Shown here piece after piece: positions 28,701 to 37,673 of a DNA stretch of 52,094 bases. Position numbers and translations under genes: made by a program. The notes beneath the pieces were generated by a model that was given only the letters and a program-made list of their open reading frames with translations, had not been told where the DNA came from and searched no databases. Every line of letters begins with the position of its first letter. Position 1 is the stretch's first letter. Source of the stretch: a virus. Its lineage: Duplodnaviria; Caudoviricetes. The stretch spans positions 1-52,094 of IMG/VR virus record IMGVR_UViG_3300042923_000131; one strand, 5' to 3'.

Positions 28701-30125
28701 AATATGCAATCATTTTTTGCTATATGGGGGGATGGCACTACAATATACCCGATATTGTCCTATTACACCATAGTCGCTGGGGTTTGGCGATATGTCGTAC
28801 ATACCTATACGATACCGTCAGGTAAAACACTGTTGCGCTACATTTGGAGAAATACTGCAGGAAGTGGTGGTGATATATGGATAGCTAAACCTCAACTTGA
28901 GAAGGGTAATATAGCTACTGAGCATCAACAAGCTCCAGAAGACATACAATTAGAACTTGATACTAAGATAGAAAAAGAAGAGCTAAATGTGATAACAGGT
29001 AATCTTGGAACTCAAATGTCAAATTTAGAAAGTGCCTTGTTGCAAAATACAACTGAGATAAAACTAGGTGTGAAGAAAGAAGAACTACTTAGTAAAAATG
29101 TATGGGGTTTAAATTTGATACCTAATCTGCAATCAGCTTGGAATATAACCTTTAAAGAGGAATGGCCAGGTTCAAGGTATGAGTTAACTACTAAGCTACC
29201 AATATCTATAAAGAGTGGAAAAATTTATACTCTATTTAATACAATAGGTGATGGTGCGGATATAGAAACTTGGACAGAACTCACTTTTAAAGATATATTA
29301 GGGAATATAATTCCTGTTCAGAGTTTTCATGGAATGTCTGGAGCGCAAGAAGATGCTATGAGGTTCAGAAGTACTTATACAGGGTATAAACTTAATACCA
29401 ATCTTAATTTAGAAACACGTCCTTCTGATTATCCAGTGACATTTATTACTCCTGAGAATGCAGTATCAGTATCAGTTAAAATTAGAAATAATTGTGTGTT
29501 CCCAACTGGTGTAACAGAGGGTACAGATTTAACACTTGCTAATTTAGACACTTCACAACTTAAGCTAGAAGAAGGTAAAGCAAAAACAGCTTGGGTTAAG
29601 CCTATAGCAGATGTAGCCGGAACTCACAATCTTAATATTTTAGTAGAAGGTTCTCAACCAGTAAGTCCTACAACAGGAATGCTATGGATAGATGCAAGTA
29701 CATCTCAGCTTAAAAAATGGAGTGGTTCAACTTGGGTTGTTGTTGGTTGGGCTGTGATTCAAGATGTATTATCAAGGATAGGATATAGTGAAACTCAACT
29801 TGATATCTTGGATAATAAAGTAAGCATAGAGATATCTTCTTTGAAAGAGGGTCAGGGTGAATTAAAAACTTACTTTGATTTTACGGGAGACAACTTTAAA
29901 ATAGGTAAATCGGAAAGTCCCCTTAATATCACTATAGGCAATTCAGAAATAGACTTTATAGACAACGGAGTGGTAGTAGCCTATATAAATGGTCAAAAAA
30001 TGCTAATAACAAGTTTAGAAGTTTTGAATAGCCTTATAGTAGGAGTACATCAAATAGAAAAATATAATAGTGACATAACACTAATTAAGTGGATTGGAGA
30101 AAGAGAAGGAGGTACGTCAGGTTAA
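25791..30125 (+). CDS. Tail tip (Tal-like) / host-specificity protein with collagen-like repeats and carbohydrate-binding-like modules
   Basis: ITALYGYGKG, VDLGD, GEWNWTTFG, G-X-Y runs, repeated YTWVKY/HIAY modules, LEKGNIAT..APED. Confidence 0.85.
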   Translation: MFKLLDLDEEYICDLEKVTIAKHDVIINGVDSLKLEFPEEESTQVLKGFRILFKDRLGFWKEHVVDGIEEPHNEEGVTKSLYCESSIYELCGDYLDDVRPYNVTANIALENALSTSRWEVGIVDDLGIKSINFYHVSAKEALNDIIKTWKCEFRTRIEISGNKITHRYIDLLAKLGTDNGKRYENSKDLISMTRKVQEGNIITALYGYGKGEEIEGSTGFGRRISFEDIVWDVAQGNPINKPLGQKWLGLDSKKEVYGRNSENGKVHVFDSINFDNITDAEELIQATYDKYLEVSQEIVTYESKVVDLKDVDNLEHEGVDLGDIASVIDREYTPEIRVKARVIRYVYDLLDSTNDEVTLGNYIDGLSDYNSSNDKFIDNLKSKQSVWDRATIIDKDGTINSQFLKNLVEELNTRMNALGGYVYISDAGEGILTMDEPLTGNPTMAIQLLGGAFRIAGSKLPNGEWNWTTFGDGNGFYADAFVGGILKGGKVSFNLTNGTLLIGNSVDDYALKWDGTKLWINGLGVESIASEQYVNDAISEAPLYTWVKYSDYPDGSSMTDISTGKLYVGHAYNQTSISPSSNKADYSWLLVKGDKGDQGEQGEQGLQGLQGIQGTQGIKGDTGIDGISSYTHIAYSTSATGSTGFSTSNPVGATYIGMYVDNVELDSTNPSAYNWTLIKGADGSQGIQGVKGDDGLTPYLHIAYATNGTGSSGFSTTDSVGKTYIGQYTDFISSDSTNPASYSWTLIKGETGATGAQGLQGIQGVQGTQGTAGASLYTWVKYATTPTTGMSDTPDGKVYIGFAYNKTTATESLTYADYTWSLIKGEDGATGATGANGTTTYTWVKYADNISGGGMSDSPTDKRFLGIAVNKTTATESTTATDYTWSPLYDNVIVGGKNLFLNSTWIKDTTNWGEGVRDTAELFEGDNSLRNVVPTSGSRDMYSNTISVVAGETYTVSYRLKANVNIATMANMQSFFAIWGDGTTIYPILSYYTIVAGVWRYVVHTYTIPSGKTLLRYIWRNTAGSGGDIWIAKPQLEKGNIATEHQQAPEDIQLELDTKIEKEELNVITGNLGTQMSNLESALLQNTTEIKLGVKKEELLSKNVWGLNLIPNLQSAWNITFKEEWPGSRYELTTKLPISIKSGKIYTLFNTIGDGADIETWTELTFKDILGNIIPVQSFHGMSGAQEDAMRFRSTYTGYKLNTNLNLETRPSDYPVTFITPENAVSVSVKIRNNCVFPTGVTEGTDLTLANLDTSQLKLEEGKAKTAWVKPIADVAGTHNLNILVEGSQPVSPTTGMLWIDASTSQLKKWSGSTWVVVGWAVIQDVLSRIGYSETQLDILDNKVSIEISSLKEGQGELKTYFDFTGDNFKIGKSESPLNITIGNSEIDFIDNGVVVAYINGQKMLITSLEVLNSLIVGVHQIEKYNSDITLIKWIGEREGGTSG

Positions 30126-32053
30126 TGGCTTTAAGTGGAAGTATTGGAAACACATGGAGAACAGGATATAGAGTACAAGTAGATTGGACAGCGACTCAAG
30201 ATGTAATCAATAATACAAGTACAGTGACTGCTGCTTTAAAACTAATAAGTTTAGGCGGTAGTTATAATATAAATGCAAGTCAATTAAAACCAGTAACAAT
30301 AACAATTGATGGTACAACTTACTCTCATTCTGCTAATGTATCGTTGGTAGGTAGCCAGACAAAAACGTTATTTACAGCTTCTAAGGTAATACAACATGAT
30401 AATGAAGGTAAGAAACAAATAAGTGTTTCGGGTAACGTGAATATTAAGGTAACCCTTAGTGGAGTTTATTATGATAATGTGAATACAGGTACTTTAGCTT
30501 CTGATTTGAATACTATACCAAGAGCAAGTCCAATAACTCTATTCTCAAATTTTTACATAGGTGATAGTATTCCTGTGGCTTGGACGAGAGCAAGTACCAC
30601 ATTCACTCATGATATATCTTTGGTGGCTGGTAATGTAACTATAGCTACTAGAACAGGATTGACTACAAGTACTACTTTAGTGCTAACTACTGATGAGCAG
30701 AATAAGTTATATCAGGCTTTATATGATACTCCTATGGCAAAGGTTACTCTATATTGTCAGACAAAAAGTGGTTCTACCCTTATAGGAGGTGCAACGGCAA
30801 GAGAAGCGATAGCAATAGTTCCAGATTCAGTTGTACCCACATTTACAACTGTGCTATACTCAGAGTTCGTTGACTTGGTTAAAAACTCTATAGGCTTGGG
30901 AACTTATGTTCAAGGGTTAAGTAGATTAAATTTTACAGTAAGTGGAGAAGCTGGGGCTAAATACTCAAATATAGTTAAATATAGTTATTTATTTGAGGGC
31001 GTAATATATGATGGAAAAACAGCAACAAGCTTACCAATAAAGGGTAGTGGAGTCATTCCAATAGTAGCTACTATAACTGACAGTAGAGGTAGAACAGCTA
31101 CTAAGACAGTCAATGTGACCGTATTAGCTTACGCTCCTCCATCAATAACAGAGTTTACAGTAGAGAGATGCTTATCGAACGGTACCTTAGATGCTTTAGG
31201 TACTTACGCTAAGATAATAAGAAAAGGAACTATATCGAGTGTAAATTCAAAGAATCAATTTACTTACGTAATATATAGTAGATTAAGAGGTACATCAGAT
31301 TGGGGCACAGCAAAAGCTACTGGCACAAGTGCATTAGGTGCTACCACTATGGATTCAAACAACGTGATTGGCACTTACTCAGCTCTATCTGCGTTTGAGT
31401 TTAGGTTAGATTTAATAGATAAGCTTTTTACCACTCTTTCTCTTGTGGTTATGTCAGTAAGTAAAGTTACTATGTCTTGGGGCAAAACAGGAGTTGGGAT
31501 AGGTAAGATACATGAAAATGGAGTATTGGATGTAGGCGGAGAAATCATAGGTACAACCGTTAAAGCAGAAAATACTGGTAACGTTGGTATGGAGATAAGG
31601 AGTAGCAATGGTGGTATACCTTACCTTGATTTTGCTAAAACCTCTGCTGAAGATTATAACGTAAGGCTAATTAATACAACAAGTGGGGTATTAAGTTTAC
31701 TAGGTACTTTTGACGCACCAGGCTATAGGTTAAATGGAGCGGATTTATTCCAAGAAACTATGGCACAGAATGGTTATATAAGACTCGGAGGAAAATTTAT
31801 AATAAATTTTGGTGCATTTAGTTTTATGGGAAATTCATCAGGTTCTATGGACACTTCGATAACTTTCCCTAGAGCTTTCCCTACAAGATTTTCAGGATTG
31901 TTTTTAAATATCAATAGACAAGCTGCTGATTCTTGGATAGGTGGAGGTCAACTTAATTATAGAGCAACATTAACTAATGTAAGAGTAGTGTGCTTATCTG
32001 ATATAACTAATGGACAAAATCACAATATAGAATGGATGGCGATAGGCTATTAA
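30125..32053 (+). CDS. Minor structural / tail fibre protein (DUF859-like)
   Basis: Coupled TAATG; LNTIPRAS, TDSRGRT, LAYAPPSI, GVGIGK; fibre-like C-terminus ending WMAIGY. Confidence 0.8.
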   Translation: MALSGSIGNTWRTGYRVQVDWTATQDVINNTSTVTAALKLISLGGSYNINASQLKPVTITIDGTTYSHSANVSLVGSQTKTLFTASKVIQHDNEGKKQISVSGNVNIKVTLSGVYYDNVNTGTLASDLNTIPRASPITLFSNFYIGDSIPVAWTRASTTFTHDISLVAGNVTIATRTGLTTSTTLVLTTDEQNKLYQALYDTPMAKVTLYCQTKSGSTLIGGATAREAIAIVPDSVVPTFTTVLYSEFVDLVKNSIGLGTYVQGLSRLNFTVSGEAGAKYSNIVKYSYLFEGVIYDGKTATSLPIKGSGVIPIVATITDSRGRTATKTVNVTVLAYAPPSITEFTVERCLSNGTLDALGTYAKIIRKGTISSVNSKNQFTYVIYSRLRGTSDWGTAKATGTSALGATTMDSNNVIGTYSALSAFEFRLDLIDKLFTTLSLVVMSVSKVTMSWGKTGVGIGKIHENGVLDVGGEIIGTTVKAENTGNVGMEIRSSNGGIPYLDFAKTSAEDYNVRLINTTSGVLSLLGTFDAPGYRLNGADLFQETMAQNGYIRLGGKFIINFGAFSFMGNSSGSMDTSITFPRAFPTRFSGLFLNINRQAADSWIGGGQLNYRATLTNVRVVCLSDITNGQNHNIEWMAIGY

Positions 32054-32064
32054 GGAGGTGCAAA

Positions 32065-32373
32065 ATGTTTATCAATATAGATAAAGATAGAGCGATAGGT
32101 TTTTATGATATAGAAGATATTAGTGAAGAAGGTTGTATTGGATGTATACCTATTGGAGAAGAGTTATATCAACAGTTATTACAAATGCCGATTGTACGTT
32201 TGAAAGAAGAAGTAGAATTTAAGGTGGAAAATTTAAAGATAGAGAATTTTATACCTGTAGTGTTTGAACCTATACCTATTGAAAAGACTCAAATACAAAA
32301 AGACTTAGAAATAGCTAATACGAAAATAGAAGAACTCATTAAAGCTGTAGAAGCGTTGACAAATATAAATTGA
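32065..32373 (+). CDS. Hypothetical protein, possible fibre assembly chaperone
   Basis: SD AAGGAGGTG, ATG 32065; follows fibre gene. Confidence 0.55.
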   Translation: MFINIDKDRAIGFYDIEDISEEGCIGCIPIGEELYQQLLQMPIVRLKEEVEFKVENLKIENFIPVVFEPIPIEKTQIQKDLEIANTKIEELIKAVEALTNIN

Positions 32374-32387
32374 AAGAAGGTGGATAT

Positions 32388-32684
32388 ATGAATACTAACA
32401 ATTTAACTCAAGAAGAAAGAGTAGTTTTATTACAAGAAATACAAGCAGAACAACTTGATATGTATGAAAGTAAAAATATAAAGTATGGGAATAGTTTTGG
32501 AGTATCAGTGCAGAAGTATGGTTTAGTCGCTGCTCTTACGAGGTTGTCCGATAAGTTTAATAGATTAGAAACTCTAATACTTACTAACAATAAAGGAACA
32601 GTAGACGAGAGCTTAGAAGACACTCTCTCAGACATGGCTACGTATTGTAATATGACTTTAATGGAACTCAAAACAAAAAAATAA
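32388..32684 (+). CDS. DUF1599 / nucleotide-modification-associated domain 1 protein (MazG-like helical fold)
   Basis: KNIKYGNSF...RLSDKFNRL...DESLEDTLSDMATY. Confidence 0.8.
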   Translation: MNTNNLTQEERVVLLQEIQAEQLDMYESKNIKYGNSFGVSVQKYGLVAALTRLSDKFNRLETLILTNNKGTVDESLEDTLSDMATYCNMTLMELKTKK

Positions 32685-32689
32685 AAGGA

Positions 32690-33301
32690 GTGAAGATTAA
32701 TATGGAAGAAGCTAAACTTAGCTTAATATTAGGAGGTGTAAAATTTATACTATCATCAATCGGGGCATTCATATCAATTAAACTAGGAATATTGCTTCCT
32801 GTTATGTTGGGCTTAACATTAGTTATGCTAGCAGATTATGCAACAGGAATGATGGCCTCAGTTATTCAAAAGAGAATAAATCCTTGTGATTATAATAAAG
32901 GACTTAATTCAAAAATAGGAACTATAGGGATTTTTAAAAAAGTAGGATATCTATTTGCAGTAGGAGTTGGTATATGCTTAGATTGGCTAATTATAACTAT
33001 GTCAAGTATTGTAAGTGTTACTATATCGACTCCGACATTCTTTGGACTCTTAATTGCTATATGGTTTATACTTAATGAATTGATAAGTATATTAGAAAAT
33101 TTAGATAGAATGAGTGTAGAGCTACCAAAGTGGTTAAAAGACTGGGTAAAACTTTTACAGAAAAGGATAGACGAAGAAGCTTGCAAAAGCTTAACAGAGC
33201 AAGAGCAATTTGAAGAGACAAAGAAAGTGGTGGAGCTTACTGATAATTTGAAGACAAAATGCGATGAAGTTGCTGAAGAATATATTAATAAAAATAATTA
33301 A
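32690..33301 (+). CDS. Holin (Phage_holin_4-type)
   Basis: DYATG, LNSKIG..GIFKK, NELISILEN, LPKWL. Confidence 0.85.
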   Translation: MKINMEEAKLSLILGGVKFILSSIGAFISIKLGILLPVMLGLTLVMLADYATGMMASVIQKRINPCDYNKGLNSKIGTIGIFKKVGYLFAVGVGICLDWLIITMSSIVSVTISTPTFFGLLIAIWFILNELISILENLDRMSVELPKWLKDWVKLLQKRIDEEACKSLTEQEQFEETKKVVELTDNLKTKCDEVAEEYINKNN

Positions 33302-33319
33302 ATAAAATAAAAATAAATG

Positions 33320-33348
33320 TTTACATATTTAAACTATCGTGATATAAT
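33320..33348 (+). promoter_or_regulatory. Sigma-A-type early promoter
   Basis: TTTACA-N17-TATAAT, TG extension; leader CACTTAGGAGAGTG. Confidence 0.8.
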
Positions 33349-33398
33349 GATTGTACAAACAAAAACAAAACAAATAATCACTTAGGAGAGTGGAATAA

Positions 33399-33590
33399 AT
33401 GACAAATCAAGAAATCGAAAACAAAGTAAGCTTAGCAATTGAAATTAGTGTAGAAAGAGGAATTGCTTGGTTAATGTCAAACGGCAAAAAATTAACAGTT
33501 GCAAATTCAGAAGAAGAAATGAACTATGGCAAATCTAAAGGATTTTGGGTAGCAAGTATTTACCAAAATGGAAATAAGATGGATATATAA
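33399..33590 (+). CDS. Small hypothetical protein
   Basis: After promoter and SD. Confidence 0.7.
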   Translation: MTNQEIENKVSLAIEISVERGIAWLMSNGKKLTVANSEEEMNYGKSKGFWVASIYQNGNKMDI

Positions 33591-33595
33591 AATAG

Positions 33596-33655
33596 AGTCG
33601 AAACTAGGGAAACCTAGTCCGTTGGAATTAGCCTACCAACGCTGAAGAGATTGGC
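33596..33655 (+). ncRNA. Hammerhead ribozyme, type II
   Basis: AGTC-GAAA-CTAGG(GAAA)CCTAG-TC^-CGTTGG(AATTAGCCTA)CCAACG-CTGAAGA-GATT-GGC: full core, three stems, GUC cleavage at 33619. Confidence 0.9.
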
Positions 33656-33675
33656 CAAGAAGGAGAAAATTAAAA

Positions 33676-34272
33676 ATGGAAAAAACACTAAAAGAAAAAA
33701 GGGATATCAATTTAGTAATGATAGACCAAGAAAAAAACCTATTATTAAATAAAAAAATGGGTGAGCACATCGAAGAGATTTTCGCTAGAGATATTTTTAG
33801 TACATATGATAGAACAAAAAGTACTCCTTTAGAAATTTCATTAGATGATATTTCTGAACTATTAAAAGGATATCCAAAGAGAGTAGGAGGAATTGAAGAA
33901 TTTGAAAGACAAGGAATTTTAATATGGGTAAAAGATGCTAAGCAAGATGATGACAAAGTTACTTTAATATTAACTGCAGAGATTAAAAATAATCAATTCA
34001 TGTCTATGCTAATGTCTGTTGCTGATTTTTATGGAAATATAGTTTTTACATCAAAGAATTATAATAAAGATACAAAACAATTTATTAATTGTGGATTATC
34101 TACTGAGCAGATGATTTATATTAAAAGAAACATAGAAAAAATGGCAGGTAAGGGAACTGGAGAAAATATTTTTGAAAACGAGAAAGCGAAAGAGTTTGCA
34201 AATACTTATGTTTTAAAAACTAAAATACCAGATGATTTGAAAGAAGAAATAGACAATATATTTAATTTATAA
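33676..34272 (+). CDS. Hypothetical protein downstream of the ribozyme
   Basis: SD AAGGAG. Confidence 0.7.
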   Translation: MEKTLKEKRDINLVMIDQEKNLLLNKKMGEHIEEIFARDIFSTYDRTKSTPLEISLDDISELLKGYPKRVGGIEEFERQGILIWVKDAKQDDDKVTLILTAEIKNNQFMSMLMSVADFYGNIVFTSKNYNKDTKQFINCGLSTEQMIYIKRNIEKMAGKGTGENIFENEKAKEFANTYVLKTKIPDDLKEEIDNIFNL

Positions 34273-34287
34273 TTAATAAATAAAAAG

Positions 34288-34316
34288 TGTACAAACTATC
34301 AGTTTTATGATATAAT
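34288..34316 (+). promoter_or_regulatory. Sigma-A-type promoter of the replication operon
   Basis: TGTACA-N17-TATAAT, TG extension; leader hairpin ATGCAGAGT..ACTCTGCAT at 34361-34386. Confidence 0.75.
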
Positions 34317-34411
34317 GAATGTACAAACAAAGATATACTAGAATCGTAAGATAAACTAGAATGCAGAGTTTTAATCGACTCTGCATAAAATACAAAAGGA
34401 GGCATAAGGAT

Positions 34412-34951
34412 ATGCTAGCAAACAAAACTGTTAAAGAATTAAGAGATATGGCTAAAGAGCTAGGAATTAAAGGTAGATGGGAAATGATTAAACCAGTATT
34501 GATTATGAAAATAATTGATGCGACAGAATCAATCAATAATACAACTTTGAGAGTAAACGGTGAGGAAACCAAAACTGAAACAGATACTAAGGTAAAAGAA
34601 GTTGAACTTATTAGTAAAGATACGGTAATTAAAGAAGAGAAACAAACCGAAAATACTAAGATTGATAACTATGATGTAGAGAATAGACTACATTACGTAG
34701 ACAAAGCACCTATTGGAACTCTTGTAGCTTTTAAAATTAAAGAAGAGAAAGACAAATATTGTTCTGCTAAGATAGTGAATAAATCAACAAAAAAGCAAGT
34801 TTTAAAAGTAGAGACTAAAAGAGGATTTATTTATATCATACCCTACACAGATATAGTTTGGGTAAAAACTGGTAAGCGTTGGCCAAGTGGAGTATTCGAT
34901 ATGCTAACTGGGGGTAAAAGATATGGCAAAAGTATTTCATCTAGGAAATAA
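34412..34951 (+). CDS. Protein with N-terminal Rho-N/SAP-like helical domain
   Basis: SD AAGGAGG, ATG 34412; KTVKELRDMAKELGIKG. Confidence 0.65.
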   Translation: MLANKTVKELRDMAKELGIKGRWEMIKPVLIMKIIDATESINNTTLRVNGEETKTETDTKVKEVELISKDTVIKEEKQTENTKIDNYDVENRLHYVDKAPIGTLVAFKIKEEKDKYCSAKIVNKSTKKQVLKVETKRGFIYIIPYTDIVWVKTGKRWPSGVFDMLTGGKRYGKSISSRK

Positions 34952-35501
34952 AGATACAGATATGAAAGAACTTGTTTCACTTTTACATAAGAAAGCAGTT
35001 AAGAACAAGTTTTTAAATAAAGAATTTAAAGTAGAAAAAGAAGTTATGAGTGAAAAGATTTTAAAATATATGGATAATAAAAAAGTTGATGCCATATTAT
35101 TTAAGCAAAATATAATGTCAGAGAAACGTGATAAAGTAGGTGCTTTGCAATCTACTGTACAAGCTCAAACTTTAAAGTGTGCTAAGATAACAAAAAATAG
35201 AGTAATATTTAATCCTTATAAAGTTGAAGACAGTTTAGGTAAAAAAGCAAGTAAAGAAGTGATACTAAAAAAGTATTCAATTAATAACTGGGATGGAATG
35301 GTAGCTCTTTTAAAGAAAAAAGGTATAGAGCCTAAAGAGTTTATAAAATATGTAACTGTAGAAAAAACAGTTGACAGCGATAAGCTAAATCAGTTAGAAA
35401 GCTTAGGCAAAATAACAATGGACGATTTAGAAGGTACATATGAAGTAGAAGAAATATCATCTTATATACAAATTAGTGAAGTTAAAGAAGGTAATCAATA
35501 A
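34923..35501 (+). CDS. Hypothetical protein (replication module)
   Basis: 192-aa ORF overlapping the previous gene. Confidence 0.6.
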   Translation: MAKVFHLGNKDTDMKELVSLLHKKAVKNKFLNKEFKVEKEVMSEKILKYMDNKKVDAILFKQNIMSEKRDKVGALQSTVQAQTLKCAKITKNRVIFNPYKVEDSLGKKASKEVILKKYSINNWDGMVALLKKKGIEPKEFIKYVTVEKTVDSDKLNQLESLGKITMDDLEGTYEVEEISSYIQISEVKEGNQ

Positions 35502-35522
35502 GCAAAGTAAGGTGTGTCCTAA

Positions 35523-36461
35523 ATGGAGAATACCAAAGGAAATGAACTTGCAAAAGTTTTATACTATTACGGTTTTATATCTAATGCTAATACATCAGAG
35601 CAGAAGATAGTATGTCCTTTTCATAATGATATAAATCCAAGTATGAAAGTAGATTTGATAAAAAACTCATGGATTTGTTTTGGTTGTGGATTAAATGGAG
35701 ACGCTATAAAGTTTGTTCGATATGCAGAAAAAGAATTAAGCGAAATGGAGTCTCTAAAAAAATATTATAAAATATTGAAGTCAAAAAAAACAGCTCATAT
35801 TAAATTAGGAATGAGAATAAAAGAAAGAAAGAAAAATATACAACAAGATTTAATAGAGGCTAAAGATTATTATTATTGTTTAAGTAAAATAGATTGGAAG
35901 AACAATGATACTCAAGAAGTTATCGAAGCTAGAGACTATATGAAAAAAAGAGGATTTACAGAAAACGCTTTAAATTCGTGTAAAGCTAAAATAACATATA
36001 ATGAGCATTATGGTTTGATATTTCCTATGTTAGATAATGGAGAGTTTAAAGGTTGGGTTTGTAGAACAATGCTACCTAGCATAGAAAAGAAAAGAAAATA
36101 TTTATATAATACTGGTTTTAGTAGAGCTACAACTTTAGTAGGAACATATAATGATAAATCTGATTTGTATTTAGTAGAAGGTTATATGGATATGCTAAAG
36201 TTTAAACAATTTGGAATTAGAAATGTAGCAGCTCTTTTAGGATGGAAGATATCAAATGAACAAATATTAAAGCTTAAAGCTAAAGGAATTAAAAGAATAA
36301 TTTCAGCATTAGATAACGATGAATGTGGTAAAAAAGGAAGTGCAGAATTAAGCAAACATTTTGAAGTAAAAAGATTTTGCTATTTAAGAAAAGTAAAAGA
36401 CCCAGGTGATATGACTAAAGAGCTATTTGAAAAGATGAATAAAAAAACAAAAGGGGAATAA
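35523..36461 (+). CDS. DNA primase (CHC2 Zn finger + Toprim)
   Basis: CPFHNDINPS..WICFGC; LVEGYMD, ALDND, KDPGD. Confidence 0.9.
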   Translation: MENTKGNELAKVLYYYGFISNANTSEQKIVCPFHNDINPSMKVDLIKNSWICFGCGLNGDAIKFVRYAEKELSEMESLKKYYKILKSKKTAHIKLGMRIKERKKNIQQDLIEAKDYYYCLSKIDWKNNDTQEVIEARDYMKKRGFTENALNSCKAKITYNEHYGLIFPMLDNGEFKGWVCRTMLPSIEKKRKYLYNTGFSRATTLVGTYNDKSDLYLVEGYMDMLKFKQFGIRNVAALLGWKISNEQILKLKAKGIKRIISALDNDECGKKGSAELSKHFEVKRFCYLRKVKDPGDMTKELFEKMNKKTKGE

Positions 36462-36463
36462 AT

Positions 36464-37303
36464 ATGGGATTGATAAGTAAGATAAAAAATGATGTAAAAA
36501 AATCAGGTACTAACAAAGGTAAACTCGCTTATTTAAAAGATGGAGACAAAAAGAGATATAGATTTTTAACAGATATGGACGATGGGTTAGAAGTAGTTTT
36601 TCATGATAGCTTTGCAGCTGGTATTAATGTTCCATGCCAAGAAAACTTTGGACTACCTTGTGATTTTTGCGAAGACTCAGATTTAAGAACAAGAAGTTTA
36701 TATTGCTGGAGTGTATGGGATTATGACTTGAAAGAAGTTAAGCTGTTTTTATTTGCAGTTAACAATTGTTCACCAGTTCCTGCTCTTATGGCTTTATATG
36801 AAACTTATGGAACTTTGATTGATAGAGATATGGTAGTGTCAGTTAATGGTAAAGCTCAAAATAAAACTTTTAATGTAGTTCCTATGGATAAGCAAAAGTT
36901 CAGAAATGAAAAAGCAAAACCATTATCTGAGAAAGCGATATTAAAAATAATTAATAAAGCGTTTCCTACGGATGACTCAGAAGATGACGACGATGATGAT
37001 ATTGAAGAAACTAAAAAAACAAAAACTAAAGCTAAGTCAAAAGCTAAAACAAAACCTGCTAAAAAGTCTAAACCTAAAGAAGACGAATGGGACGAAGAAG
37101 AAGACGAGGATGAAGAAGAAGACGAAATCGATTATTCAGATATGACTCCGAAAGAATTATATGCTATGTGCAAAGAAAAAGATATAGATTGTCAAATTAG
37201 AAAGCCAGCTAAATACTATGCAAAACTTTTAGAAGAATTTGATAAAGCTACTGATGATTGGGAAGACGATGAGGAAGAAGACGATGACGAGTGGGAAGAT
37301 TAA
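36464..37303 (+). CDS. Putative single-stranded DNA-binding protein with acidic tail
   Basis: LKDGD..RF, H..C..CDFC, VWDY, RD; acidic C-terminus; between primase and nucleotide genes. Confidence 0.6.
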   Translation: MGLISKIKNDVKKSGTNKGKLAYLKDGDKKRYRFLTDMDDGLEVVFHDSFAAGINVPCQENFGLPCDFCEDSDLRTRSLYCWSVWDYDLKEVKLFLFAVNNCSPVPALMALYETYGTLIDRDMVVSVNGKAQNKTFNVVPMDKQKFRNEKAKPLSEKAILKIINKAFPTDDSEDDDDDDIEETKKTKTKAKSKAKTKPAKKSKPKEDEWDEEEDEDEEEDEIDYSDMTPKELYAMCKEKDIDCQIRKPAKYYAKLLEEFDKATDDWEDDEEEDDDEWED

Positions 37304-37637
37304 AAATCTAACATTCCAATCATGCTATACTCAGCAAATGGAGTATCAAGAAGAAGTTACAGAGGTAAAAGATTTACCAAAAGATAATTTAGAACATTTC
37401 AGTTATCATATACAAGCTATGGTAGAAGAATTGGGTGAAGTAATGAAAGCTGATAAACGTTGGAAAACTCACAGAAACAGTTCTTATAATTCAGCTGAAA
37501 AGTTAGAAGAAATAGCCGATGTTTTTATAACTGCTATGAATATAGCTATACATTCTGGATATACATCTGATGAAGTTCTAAAAGAAATATCTGATAAAAT
37601 AAATAAAAATTACAAAATATTAGGTGCTGAGGAATAA
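37284..37637 (+). CDS. All-alpha NTP pyrophosphohydrolase (dimeric dUTPase/dCTPase/MazG-like)
   Basis: EELGEV..KRWK..EEIADV..K..KN; likely start ATG 37284. Confidence 0.8.
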   Translation: MTSGKIKNLTFQSCYTQQMEYQEEVTEVKDLPKDNLEHFSYHIQAMVEELGEVMKADKRWKTHRNSSYNSAEKLEEIADVFITAMNIAIHSGYTSDEVLKEISDKINKNYKILGAEE

Positions 37638-37673
37638 TCCTCAGTTTCACTTATATACTAAAGGAGCGAGTAA

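Noticed and set aside
25791-32053. Diversity-generating retroelement acting on tail genes
   Set aside because: No reverse transcriptase and no TR/VR pair differing only at adenines was seen
37626-37652. Second hammerhead (CTGAGGA on +, GAAAC-stem on -)
   Set aside because: Only a simple CTGAGGA/TCCTCAG hairpin; the core elements do not occur together on one strand
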